Below are positions 13,301 to 24,849 of a DNA stretch of 64,000 nt, one piece after another. Position numbers and translations under genes: made by a program. The stretch is from Octopus vulgaris (Eukaryota): contig OX597822.1 in NCBI GenBank assembly GCA_951406725.2, forward strand, positions 37,200,001-37,264,000, in the 5' to 3' direction. The notes under the pieces were generated by a model. It was not told the origin of the DNA and did not search any database. It saw only the letters and a list, made by a program, of their open reading frames with translations. Each line of letters opens with the position of its first letter. The first letter of the stretch is position 1.

Positions 13301-16300
13301 GCCATAGAAACCATGCTAAAACAGACATTGGTGCATGATGCAGTTCTTAGACCCATTGGATCTTGTCAAACCATCTAACGCATGCTAGCATGGAACATGG
13401 ATATTAAATGATGATGATGATGATTATATATATCATCACCATTTTAGTACCTTATCGTTCAGAGACAATTCATTGAGGTAAATTTTTCTATGGTCAGATG
13501 TCCTTCCTAATGCCAGCCTTCACTTGTTTCCAAGCAAGCTGTTATTTTCCTTTAGTCTGGCCACTGTCATTCATTTCCAATATTCCGCAAGAATTTCTCT
13601 GGCCACAAGGAAAAGATACCTTGCCTGGAATCATGGAGGTGTTGGTGACAGGAAAGTCATCCACCCCTAGACAATCTCCCTCAATAAATTTCATCTAACC
13701 CATGCAAGCATGGAAAGGTGGACGTCTACAGCTGAATGCATTTCCTAAATACCAACCACCTTATAGAGTGTATTGAGTGCTTTTAATTTGGCACCAGCAC
13801 CAACAGGGTCACCAAGTACCTTACAAGACAAAAACTCCTCAGCTGGGAAGGGGTAGTAGTATTGAAGGGGTGTGGCTTTGTGGCAGTTGAGAGATTTAAG
13901 GGATAGAAATACACACACATACACTGGTTATAACTTATAATACACAGTAATACTCTAATTTTGCAATATATAAACGAATTGTCACATATGAATATGGTTG
14001 TGCATGTGGCATTAGGAAGGGTATCCAGCTGTAGAAATCATACCAAAACAGACAATAGAGTTTGGTATAGCCCTCTGACCAGCCAGCTCATTAAACTGTC
14101 CAACCCATGTGAACATGGAGAATGGATGCTAAATGATGATGATGAGTTATACATTTAAATATACTGGGGAACAATATAATCAATATTTGTAGACATTAAA
14201 ATATACAAGTGTGTATATACTAATATAGGGGGGTGGGGCTCAGAGAGTAGTGTCCCTGCCTTCCTGAGCTAGTTTTCCACTAGATTTCTTAAAAATTGTG
14301 GTAAAGGCCTTGGTCTTGGGACCACTCGTGACTAGAAACTGAGGTTGGGGGTAAGCAAGGACATGCTCCCTGTAGAAAATCCAGCTCCAAAAAAGCCTCA
14401 TGATAGCAAAGGAGAATGGGCACCAGCAAGCCCAAAGGTTGGGGTGGGCTGCACCTGCCTAACACAGTTGCTATGGCATTGAGGTAGATCTGGCCACCCT
14501 TGTTAATAGAGACAAAACCCAGATTTAAAACACTGGATGATGACGATGATGATACCCACCACCACCATCATCCATATTTAACATCTATTTTCCATGCTGG
14601 CATGGACTGGACAGTTTGACACAAATTGGCAAGGGGGAGGGGGGCACAACCGTATGTTTTCTGGCTTGGTGTCTAAGGCTGGATGCCCTTCATAACACCA
14701 AACACTTTACAGAGTATACCGGGTGCTTTTTACATAGCACCATCACCAGTGTTTTTTGCATGGCACCATCACCCTGACCAATGCTTTTTATGTGGCACCT
14801 TGCTTTTGGGATGTCAATTCTATTGTGGTGGATGGGTCTTCTTAACTACAGCAATGCATCACATTCTCAGTTCGCTGTCAACTCCTTCGCAAGGCTCGGT
14901 GTTTTGAGGACAACCTTTAATACTTCATCTCTTCAACAACCCTTCTCTCTTCAACAACCCTCCACTTACAGTGATTGGCATTTCTTTATGCATCTGTCCT
15001 CATCCATCTGCATCATATGACCAAACCAGCACAGTCTCCTCTCTTGAACACTGCCTATAATTCCCCTTATGCACAACTCCTCTCTCAATACATCAGTGCT
15101 CTGTCACACATGTACACTGACATCACTTACTTATTAAACACCAAATGGCTAAGGGGAGATCCACCAGTAAGAAATAGTACTCAAAGGGGTCCATCAGTTG
15201 AGAACCAGTGAACCAGTCATTTTGCCTGTTTATACTTTACCCCTTTAACCCTTTCAATACCAACCTGGCTGAAATTGCCTCTGGCTCTGTACTACAAATG
15301 TCTTGTTTTCATAAGTTTTGAATTAAAATCTTCCACCAAACATTAGTCACAATATATGTTCCTAACACTAGCTTAATGATAACCAAGTTATTTTATTGAA
15401 TGCTTTGTTATATTTAAAATTGAAAAAAACACAGAGCATCACAACAGAAATATGGTAACAAAAGGGTTAACAAATGATCAAGATATTTTTCACCTTTTTG
15501 ATACCAATCTGGCTGAAACCGCCTCTGGCTCTGTACTACAAATGTCTTGTTTTCATAAGTTTTAAATTAAAATCTTCCACCAAACGTTAGTCACAATTTA
15601 TATTCCTAATACTAGCTTAATGATAACGTTATTTTACTAAATTCTTTCTTATATTTAAAATTAATTGAAAAACATACAGAACATCTCAAAATAAATACAG
15701 TAACCAAAGGGTTAATGCATGTACCAGCTCAACTGATTACTGCCTACAGACAACCATCATTATGCAGCTGTGATATCTCTGCTTTTAGTTTGCAATTCAA
15801 GTTGGAGCTTTTAGATAGCAAGTCAACCTGAGCGCTAATAGTATGTACCTATACATTATATCATCAGACATGATATTACTTGAATTTTGTATTTATAAAC
15901 GGGATATTAGCAATCTTTATTGCCTATACATACAGAGCATTATATCATCACTTTTCCATGCTTGCATGAGTAAGTAGGGAATTTGTTGAGGCAAATTTTC
16001 CACAGCCGGATGCTCTACCTGTCACCAACCCTCACCTGTTTCCAGGCAAGGTAATACTTCTCTATAGCTAAATATGTTTTTTACAGAAGTCCGGAGACGA
16101 ACAATCTTGCTTGCATGATGATGCTGGATGCTGTTCATCTACAACTATTACATGGTGTCTACAGAAAGGCACGCGTGCGCACACACACACAGATAAAGAT
16201 GTAGATATGATAGGTTTCTTTCAGTTTTGATGTACTAAATCCACTCACAAGGCTTTGATCAGCTCAGAAATATAAAAGAGACACTTGCCCAAGGTGCTGT

Positions 16301-19300
16301 GCATTGGAATTGAATCTAAGGCTACATGGCCGAGAAGCAAGCTTCCTAACCACACAGCCATGTTTGTGCCTGTATGCTATTTATAAACATGTTAAGACAT
16401 CAGTAACTGTCCAGCTTGTCTTGAAAAATAACATCATTTAAATGCTCTCCATTATTTCACTCACAAACATTGCAGCATAGCCTGAAAGTTCTGAATTGTG
16501 CAACACACCATATCATGAGGAATTGCAGTATTTTCTTGACAAATAGTAATTTTTATTATTATTATTATTATTTTTATTATCCAGGTCACTGCCTGGAATC
16601 GAACTCGGAATCTTGGGGTTAGTAGCACTAGCTCAAATAAGCAATGTGTTGGTTAAATCACCTAATGGCCAAGAAAAGTATGGAAAATGATGATGCTAAT
16701 AATTATTTCCATGTTCCCTATGATATAATCGTAACCTTATAAAGCTGAAAATTTAAATCAAGGCACAGTATCATCTGAGCACAACAATCTGAGATGTCTA
16801 ATGTAGCAACACAGTTTGATACAGAACAACAAAGGCCATTCATTACAGCTTGTCCTAATGGCCTCAATATCTTGCACTGTTCAAACTGTTCGCACACTTG
16901 CTGGTGGGGTTTTTTTTTCAATACAGAGCTAATCGGCTTGAAGTTTTCTAACCAAAACAATATTGTTTTACAATTAAACATATTGTATTTCCAAAATAAT
17001 GTCGTATTTTCCTTGATAGCCCACATTAAAAGAGAAACTGAAAATTTTACTGCATTTGAATAAACAAACCACATTTAAAAAAGAAATTTCTTGATCACAA
17101 AATACACTATGTCACGTGTTCTACTGCTCTAGAATTGCTGAAATGCAATCATGTGTGAGATACAATGCCACTGAGCACACAACTCCACCTACCATTTCAA
17201 AAACCATCAGACTTCCCTTCTAGACACGACATCATCATTTTATTCCTATTTTCCAAGCTGGCATGGGTTGGACGGTTTGACAGGAGCTGGCAAACCAGAG
17301 AACTGCACCTGGCTCCAATTGTTTGTTTGGGCATGGTATCTATGGCTGGATGCTCTTCCTAACACCAACCCCTTTATAGAGTGTGCTGGCGGTGTTTTAC
17401 ATGGCATTAGCATGGACACTTTTCACATGGTACCATCAAGCTTTGTGAGTGAAACTGGGGAGATGGAAAGTGTGGGGAAGCCTAGCAGATGTACTGAACC
17501 TATAATTTAAAAGGGTGTGTCACACATGTCTATCACTGTGATAATTACGTTAAAGGTTCACATGTCTGTGGAACTTAGCCACAAATCTAATGAGCAGATT
17601 GCCTGGTTGATTAAACAACTGGACATTCATATGTCAAAATGGACATGAGAGTTATCATAGCACAAACTGAAGTCATAACATGTGAACAAGTAAAATAGCC
17701 ACCTGTGAATCATACTTAATGTAAATACATCACTGATAGACCAGTTACCACAGAATACAACCTGAGTTTAACATCTCTCATTGACATGATGTGCACCATT
17801 TCCTCTATCAGAGGCAACAAAACCTTAATGTAGCTCATGGCTGGCTGTGAGTACATGTTATTAAAAAGACCAAAATGCATTTGGTATTCCCACTGGCTGC
17901 TGTTGGGATGAATTTTCAACTCACTCCCAGTATTTATCATTTTTAACATAGCATGTCCATAAGAGATGTTGTCTCAGGACAAATACTGCAATAACATAGC
18001 TTAGTGGTTAGGATAGTCGGTTCTTGATCATAAGGTCACAAGTTTGATTCCCAGTGGCACATTGCAACCTTGAGCAAGACACTTTACTTCACATTGCTCC
18101 AGTTTAAGGAGCTAGAAAATATGAATAGTACCCGTCTAAGAAAGGGCCAGCCTTGTCACATTCTTTGTCATGCTGTATCTCCCTGAGAACTATGTTAAGG
18201 ATACAAGTGTCTGAAGAGTGCTCAGCCACTTGCACATTAATTTCGTTTCAACTGGAACCCTCGTCGTTGTAACCAATAAAGTGCCAGTTCACCAATGGTA
18301 TGTATACATTAAGTATGACACATAAGTGGCTTTTTTCATTTAATACAGCTTCACTTGTGTATACTAGATATGGGCACATTGATCAGTATCTATTCCCTCA
18401 GCTTTCTTGCCTCCTCTAGTGGAAAAGATCAGACAACAAACCAATATTATTGACACAAAAGAATCTAGGGCAGATTGAGGTGTAGATGTACCATTTGCAA
18501 TGGAGAAATTAACAATGCAAACAGCCATGTGTTCAGGTCATGAACTGCTGTGATGGGTGACTGCAAGTTGTAGATAGATCTCATTTCCTTTATGATAAAA
18601 CTAGTTTTTCTCAATATGAACTGCATATAACAAATAAAAGGTGTACAATGAGGTATAGTAGTGAAATGTGAAACATTCCCTGTATATGATTGTATATAAT
18701 GTGGGTATTACGTATAATTGGATATAGTAGCAAAACATGGATAGCATATATAGAAGGCTATATGTGGTGTGTTATAAGATATGTGATGGTATATGCTAGC
18801 GAAATATCAGAGGATATATATATATAGAAGACTGTATGTAATAGTAAAAGGCAGTGAAACATAGACATTGTATATAAAACACTATGATTGGTGTGTATAT
18901 AAGGTCATGTAACTGGCACCTGTGCTGGTGGCACATAAAAAGCACCCACTACACACTTGGAGTGGTTGGTGTTAGGGAGGCCATCCAGCGATAGAAACCA
19001 TGCCAAATCAGATTGGAACCTGGTGCATGGCCTTCCAGCTTACCAGTTTCAGACAAACTGTCTAACCTATGCCAGCATGGAAAGCAGATGCAAAATGATG
19101 ATGGTAGTGATGATGAAGGAGCAGCGTTGTATGGTAATGAAATATGAATAGTGTATATACAGAACTATATATGGTGTGTGTATGGTAATGAAACAGAGAG
19201 TATATACAGAGAATAATATGTGATGTGTGTAAGATGTGTGATAGCTTATGGCAGTGAAATAAAGATAGTGAATGGAGGGGGCTACATGAAACTCGGAATT

Positions 19301-20806
19301 TTAAACCTTTAGCATTTAAACTAGCCATATCCAGCCAAAATATTCTACCTTTTTTATGTTCAAACCAGACAGATCTGGCCTTGCACACCTACTCAAAAAT
19401 GTCCTTCTAAAAATAAACAATTACATCATTGAAACCTCAAAGCTATGAGGTAATGCATGAGTAATTCAAATCAATGTGAATAAATAAGCATTACATTTAA
19501 ATTGGCCATATCCAGCCCAAATATGCTACCTTTTTTATTTTCTAACCAGACAGGTTCAGACTATCACACCTGCCCTTCAATGCCATTCTAAAAATGTACA
19601 ATCATATCATCAAAATTTCAAAGCTATGAGATAATATATGATTAATTAAAAACAATGTGAATGATAAGGCATTACATTTGACAGAATAATCTGAACGCTA
19701 AATGGTTAAATATGTTTTAGCCATAGATTTAAATAGTAAAATATGACTGGAGGAACATAAACAATGACAGGATATAAATTGTCCAAACTATGCAAGCCTG
19801 TACAACATCTGTATTTCAGGTACTTAAATCATGTACTGTTCACCACAAGTTAACTGATCTAAATGTAAGTAGACAGTTTAGCACCAATGTTGTTCTCATT
19901 ACATGTTCATGGTCTCTTCATTCTGTCTCCTCAACTGGTCTTTCTTTAATTATTTTTAATATTTTGTGTCAACAATATTCCACTGTGGTTGACTTTTCCT
20001 TTCATCCTTTTGGGGGTTAATAAAATAAGTACCAGCAGAATACTTGCAGCCGATGTAACTGACTTACCCATTCTCCAAAAATTGCTAGATTTGAAAGCAA
20101 TATTTTATGTCAACAATGCCACTGTGGTTGACTTTGCCTTTCATCCTTTTGTGGTGGTGGTGGGTGGGTCAATAAAATAAGTACCAGTTGAGCACTGGGC
20201 TCAATGTAATTAACTTGCTCCCGTTCATGAAATTGTTGACCTTCTGCCAAAATTTGAAACCAAAATTTTGTGTCTGCAATGGTCTGAAATTAACAATTTC
20301 ATGGTCATTTCTGACTGAAACTTCTGTAAATGATGATGAAATGGATGATGATAAACAGACAGTGGAGCCTGACACAGTTCTCAGGTTTCCCAGCTCCAGT
20401 CAAACTGTCCAATACATGCCAGCATGAAAGACAGACTTTGAGGGATGCTGATAATGATAATACATACATACATACAAACATAAATATGTTTCAGCAAAAA
20501 ATTGGCCCTGGCCATACCTAACTTAATAGCACCATCTTTTATATATATAATATATATTCTCCACAACATACAGGTAACAACACTGACTTCCCAGACACTG
20601 GAACATCTTATCATTCATATTAATTTACCAGCAGAAACTTGAAATTCCTGCAGTTGCCAGACTAGTCTGCTGGCACTTTGCACAGTACCGTTTAAATAAA
20701 CTTGTATCATTTATACCAATGTACAAGTACCTGTATTTCATTCAATTTACCATTCATTTGTTTCAGTCATTGGCTGTGGCCATGCTGGGGCACCACCTTG
20801 AAGAAT

Positions 20807-20881
<75 letters not shown>

Positions 20882-20929
20882 ATATATATATAGAGAGAGA
20901 GAATTCTTCAAGGTATATATATATATAAT

Positions 20930-21000
<71 letters not shown>

Positions 21001-21073
21001 GAGAGAGAGGGAGAGAATTCCTCAAGGTATATATATATATATAATTCTCTCTCTATATATATATACACACACA

Positions 21074-21115
<42 letters not shown>

Positions 21116-22064
21116 GGTTGGCCAAAAGTCACCCAGCAGTAAATCAAAATTCCATAACTACTATCTGTAATTCTGTTTATTGACTCGAATGGAAAAATAT
21201 GTCGCTGAAGGACTTCAGTTTGAACAATTTTCAAGATGTTTCATATTTAGTTACTTTTATTAAATTCATCAGTTGTTAAACATAAATAAATCTTGGAATT
21301 AAATGTTTTGATTTACTGTCAGGTAACTTTTGACCAACCCTATATATCATCGTTTTAATATCCACTTTTCGATATTCGCATGGGTCGGATGGAATTTGTT
21401 AAGGCAGATTTACAGCAACTGGATGCCTTCCCTGTTGCCAACACTCATCTGTTTCCAAATAAGGTAATATTTCCCCTTGTCCACACGTTTTCACAAAATA
21501 CTGGAAACCGCCTGCATTACAGTGACATTTGTTTACAACTGTCCCGTGATGTCATGGCAAGGAGACAGTAATGCGCGCGCGCATAGACACATATATAAAC
21601 AACGGGCTTCTTTCAGTTTCCGTCTATCAAATCCACTCACAAGGTTTTGGTTAACCTGAGATTGCAGCAGAAGACACTCACCCAAAGGAACCACGCAATG
21701 GTGTCATGGGTGTCTTCTACTTTGTCTCCGAATGATCAAAGCATTGTGAGTAGATTTAGTAGACGGAAACTGAAAGAAATCCGTCGCATGTGTGTATTTA
21801 TGTGACTGTATGTATGTTTGTGTCCTGACATCATGTGGTAATTGTAAATGAGTGTGACTATGATACAATCATACTATCATCATTCATTTCAAATATACTG
21901 CGAAAACACACCTGGCTAGGTAGAACTATTACCTTGCTTTGAAACAAGTGAGAGTTGGTGACAGGAAAAGCATCCGTGAGGAAAACTACTTCAATAATCT
22001 CCGTCCGACCCATGCAAGTATGAACAAGCGAATGTTAAAACGATGATGTATACAATATATATAC

Positions 22065-22111
<47 letters not shown>

Positions 22112-22214
22112 GTGTGTATGCACAGAGTATATATTGGTGTGTGTGTGTGCGTCTTTGCATTCAAAATATATAGATACATGCGCGCACACATACGCAGAAC
22201 AGATTAGATTCGAC

Positions 22215-22256
<42 letters not shown>

Positions 22257-22440
22257 TAGAACAGAACACCATGGTAGTTTGGAGGAACTAATTCCTATGA
22301 TCTTTCAGTAATAATTACGAGGCGCTACAATAGAGAAAAATTAGAATAACAGATTCCAGTAGAAGAGCTTAACATTTCGCCAAGTGTTTGCAAAGCAAGT
22401 CTAGAACCAGACGGACTCACCGCTTGCGAGGGTTATCCAT
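1123..22440 (-). CDS. PRMT6: Protein arginine N-methyltransferase 6-like, spliced gene, 3'-partial. Exons: 22440-22421, 12968-12915, 12639-12574, 11096-11029, 9749-9708, 7591-7491, 6539-6492, 5170-5102, 4559-4489, 3686-3604, 1342-1123; the last exon(s) lie outside the window
   Basis: All junctions are GT..AG with matching phases. Spliced protein: MDNPRKRLCQRDKESESETDQLYFNGYASIEVHEEMLMDTVRTMTYREAILKNQELFKDKVIADIGAGTGILSIFCIHAGAKKVYAIEAS...[33 protein letters not shown]...HGFSLWFDVEFPGNIILSTSPF. It has motif I, post-I, motif II and the double-E loop. DQLY..Y...VHEEM and the basic N-terminus match PRMT6. The THW loop is not in the window. Confidence 0.88.
1497..1995. repeat. Two adjacent foldback hairpins (1497-1706 and 1803-1995) in (TA)n context
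   Basis: gaattttatagtgttaaatatcc / ggatatttaacactataaaattc and aattagagataaaaccac / gtggttttatctctaatt. Confidence 0.85.
3604..3686 (-). CDS. PRMT6: PRMT6-like exon 10 (LGLWEDMASRYKVAMKSMIPFAKKCIS)
   Basis: Dimerisation arm W...Y.V.M; phases 2/1 fit the neighbours. Confidence 0.88.
4489..4559 (-). CDS. PRMT6: PRMT6-like exon 9 (NGYLFPSTATLYIAPFVDEDYEDR)
   Basis: G...P..A.LYIAP motif; canonical splice sites. Confidence 0.93.
5102..5170 (-). CDS. PRMT6: PRMT6-like exon 8 ([23 protein letters not shown])
   Basis: Second Glu of the double-E loop; start of motif III. Confidence 0.95.
6492..6539 (-). CDS. PRMT6: PRMT6-like exon 7 ([16 protein letters not shown])
   Basis: Motif II and first Glu of the double-E loop. 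Confidence 0.95.
7491..7591 (-). CDS. PRMT6: PRMT6-like exon 6 (VYAIEASNMVVQTQLVIKENGMDSKISVIKGKVE)
   Basis: Post-I VYAIEAS motif; canonical splice sites. Confidence 0.95.
9708..9749 (-). CDS. PRMT6: PRMT6-like exon 5 (ILSIFCIHAGAKK)
   Basis: GILS.F...AGA motif; canonical splice sites. Confidence 0.93.
9948..10275 (-). mobile_element. Short RTE-LINE 3'-end fragment (representative). Similar copies: 5445-5770, 18905-19115, 26230-26935, 34040-34185
   Basis: (cat)n-tttaac.tcc.ctttccatgctggcatgggttggacgg, the same as the 3' end of the RTE at 29239. Confidence 0.8.
11029..11096 (-). CDS. PRMT6: PRMT6-like exon 4 (EAILKNQELFKDKVIADIGAGTG)
   Basis: SAM-binding motif I; canonical splice sites. Confidence 0.95.
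11233..11635 (+). mobile_element. Foldback element: two head-to-head tRNA-like units followed by a minimal hammerhead ribozyme motif (Penelope-like terminal structure)
   Basis: 11233-11380 is the reverse complement of 11387-11544; tggtgtagtggtt A-box and gagttcaattcc B-box; CTGATGA..GAAA at 11539-11570. Confidence 0.65.
11534..11579 (+). ncRNA. Minimal type I hammerhead ribozyme-like motif (probably decayed)
   Basis: gacac-CTGATGA-aa-gctg(gacagtatat)cagc-c-GAAA-tgtt-gtgtt: stem I gacac/gtgtt, stem II gctg/cagc. Differs from the usual minimal consensus at the stem II base pair and at GAAAC. Confidence 0.5.
12574..12639 (-). CDS. PRMT6: PRMT6-like exon 3 (GYASIEVHEEMLMDTVRTMTYR)
   Basis: Y..HxxMxxDxxRT..Y helix of type I PRMTs; canonical splice sites. 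Confidence 0.93.
12915..12968 (-). CDS. PRMT6: PRMT6-like exon 2 (LCQRDKESESETDQLYFN)
   Basis: ttccag acceptor, GTGAGT donor, phase 2/2. Confidence 0.85.
15246..15715. mobile_element. Two tandem TTAA-flanked (piggyBac-like) MITEs; third copy at 35786-36013
   Basis: ttaacccttt...aaagggttaa termini and a shared body (caacctggctgaaa..gcctctggctctgta). Confidence 0.72.
21113..21342. mobile_element. Tc1/mariner-type MITE
   Basis: About 37-bp TIRs tagggttggccaaaagtcacc..cagtaaatcaaaa / ttttgatttactg..ggtaacttttgaccaacccta, TA ends. Confidence 0.8.
22421..22440 (-). CDS. PRMT6: PRMT6-like coding exon 1 (MDNPRKR)
   Basis: ATG at 22440-22438 and GTGAGT donor. Phase 2 matches the next exon. Resembles the vertebrate PRMT6 start MSQPKKRKL. 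Confidence 0.72.
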
Positions 22441-22720
22441 GCTTTAGCGCTCAATGCTCTCTTTAGTCTTTGACGATCTGCCGAAATAACTTCTGTTTTT
22501 CCTTTCCCTCTTCTGTCCCGTTGGTTGAAGAAGAGAAAGTCAAATGGGTAAATTTCCAACATAAAAGAAAATCAAAACAGCTGAGCCAAGTTCGATTTCC
22601 ACGTGTATGCTGCCCCCCACCATTGAGTTATAGAGTTTTTTTTTTATTTTTAACCGGTGCTTGATATAGAAAATACCGTCTGAGTAAAGTTTCCGTTAAG
22701 CGTTTTATAATTTGATTCAA
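22441..22720 (-). promoter_or_regulatory. Probable 5' UTR and promoter region of the PRMT6-like gene
   Basis: Unique sequence with more CpGs than the flanks, directly upstream of the ATG; TSS not determinable. Confidence 0.35.
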
Positions 22721-23957
22721 CATACAGACCTGGCAGAATCATTAATACGCCGAGCAAAATGTTTAACAGTACTTCGTTCTTCTTTACGTTCTGAGTTCAA
22801 ATTCCTCCAAGGTCGAAGTAGATGAAATAAGTACCGGCTGAGCCCTAGAGTCGATGTAATCGATTTACCTCCTCCCCCGAAATTGCTAGCCTTATGTTAA
22901 AATTTTAATCCAATATTTATTGACAGAGATACCTGCTTTCCGACATGTCACAACTCACCTCTCTTTATCTCGCTTCATTATTTCGTTATTTTATGAAATT
23001 TATTGACTGGTTCTTTATTTGTTTTATTTTGCCGGCCTCATACCATCACCAGTTTACTTGGATCGCAGTTTTTTTTTTTTTAAACCTTTCTTTGTGGAGG
23101 AATATCTTTCTGTAAGTGATACTAAGGTGAAACAAGGTCGCGATAGTCGTTAATTTTCACGTTTGCTTATGTTCTAGAGCTGATTTGTATTGGACCTCCA
23201 ATTTTCCCTTTCCTTTAGTTACTCAATAATAACAATAATTTCTATTGCAAGGCATGAGACTATTTTTTCTAGAGAAATTTAGGCGATGAATTGACTCTAG
23301 TATATTATTGATAGTTATTTAGACGACTATTACAAAGAATGTGGAAAAATTAAGTCAAAATATTGTAAGACAGAAATAAACGTTAATTTATTAATAAAAG
23401 ATAACATTTCTTGAACTCAGACCTTTCAAACATAGTCCTTCTTCGAAGACACCCAACAAACTTTGACATCTTCAAAGCTGAAACGTCATCTTATCCTCAC
23501 TTCACTCGAGATTCTCTTTCATGAATGTTCTCTAAAATTGGTTTGGGGACCTCGATCACAAGTTCTTTCTAGTTTATTTTTCTTTGTCAGTTTATCACAT
23601 TGAAACAGTGTTATGAATTTTAAAAAAAATGAACTAGTCAATTAAATCAATCGCAGTGTTTGTTAAACCGAAAAGGCTAGGAAATGAAGTTGCCTCCAGT
23701 GTGATTTGAACTCAACGCGTAGAGGAACAAAACTAAATACCGGAATTTTCTAATGTCTCACCGTTTTTAAGAAGTCGCCGCTTTCTCATGACTGGAAATC
23801 TTTCTTTTTAACTGCATAACATTATAACAATTTATTCTCAATTGTGAATATAGAAAAGAAAAATTATGTAATTATAAAGGATAATAATATTTCATTCATA
23901 AATTTTATGATTTTTTAAAATTCTTCTGTGATTATCTACTTGATTATCTGTTCTTCG

Positions 23958-24003
<46 letters not shown>

Positions 24004-24632
24004 GCGCGCGCACATGTTCCTGTATATGAAAACATGCACATACACAAATGAAGCGCAGTAAAAACAGAGCAGCAGTTGCCAAATCTATATTTGTACGGAC
24101 TGAGGTTATTAATAGGAAGGTTACTGAGTCGAGGACGACCAACTAATTACAGACTTAGTTGTAAATACTGGAAGGATCTGAAATTAGAAAGGGTGGAATG
24201 ACCGTATTTGCGGAATTCTCGGCATTTTGAGGTTTGCATATCAAATACGAAGTAATATATGCTCCTCATATAATACAAACAGTCTCAAGCCAGCCCTGAT
24301 CGTTCTAATCATAACTGCCCGGTAATATTTTTTTCCAGGCTGGATGTAATTATATGTAAAGAGAGATTTGACTGCCGTTGTTAGTAGATTGGGAAATCGC
24401 GCAGAGATTCCCTTTGTTCTCGGTGTGTGTTTGTGTATAAATATATGTACGTATTTATGTATGTTTACATGCATGCATAAATATATGTATTGTTTACTTC
24501 CCAGGATCAAACTGTGTATAGTAAGGACTACTTGAGAACTTCGTCTTGCGGAATTCGTGAGTGTTGAAAAGAAATTGCTGCCCATGTATGTTTAAAATAT
24601 TCCGCACATTATAAGAATATTGATCAACACAG

Positions 24633-24849
24633 TACGAGGGAGTGCTGAATAGTTCTTGGTTTTAAGGGTCTCACGAAAGGTTTGGTTGGAGGCCCAATCT
24701 TCCGAGTTCTTTTATATGGCTTAGAAAAACTGAAGGACCGCTGCAATAAGTGAACCAGATAGGGGAATATGTTAAATAAAATCTTAATTAACTGATCCCC
24801 CTGTATTTTCTTTTACCCAAAGCCAGAAACTTTTCAGCATCCCTTCGTA
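24633..24849. mobile_element. Mariner-derived MITE
   Basis: TIRs tacgagggagtgctgaatagttcttgg / ccagaaacttttcagcatcccttcgta. Confidence 0.7.

Noticed and set aside
16718-17074. 118-aa Cys-containing ORF in PRMT6 intron 1
   Set aside because: No recognisable motif and not needed for the PRMT6 reading frame, since exon 1 and exon 2 phases already match.
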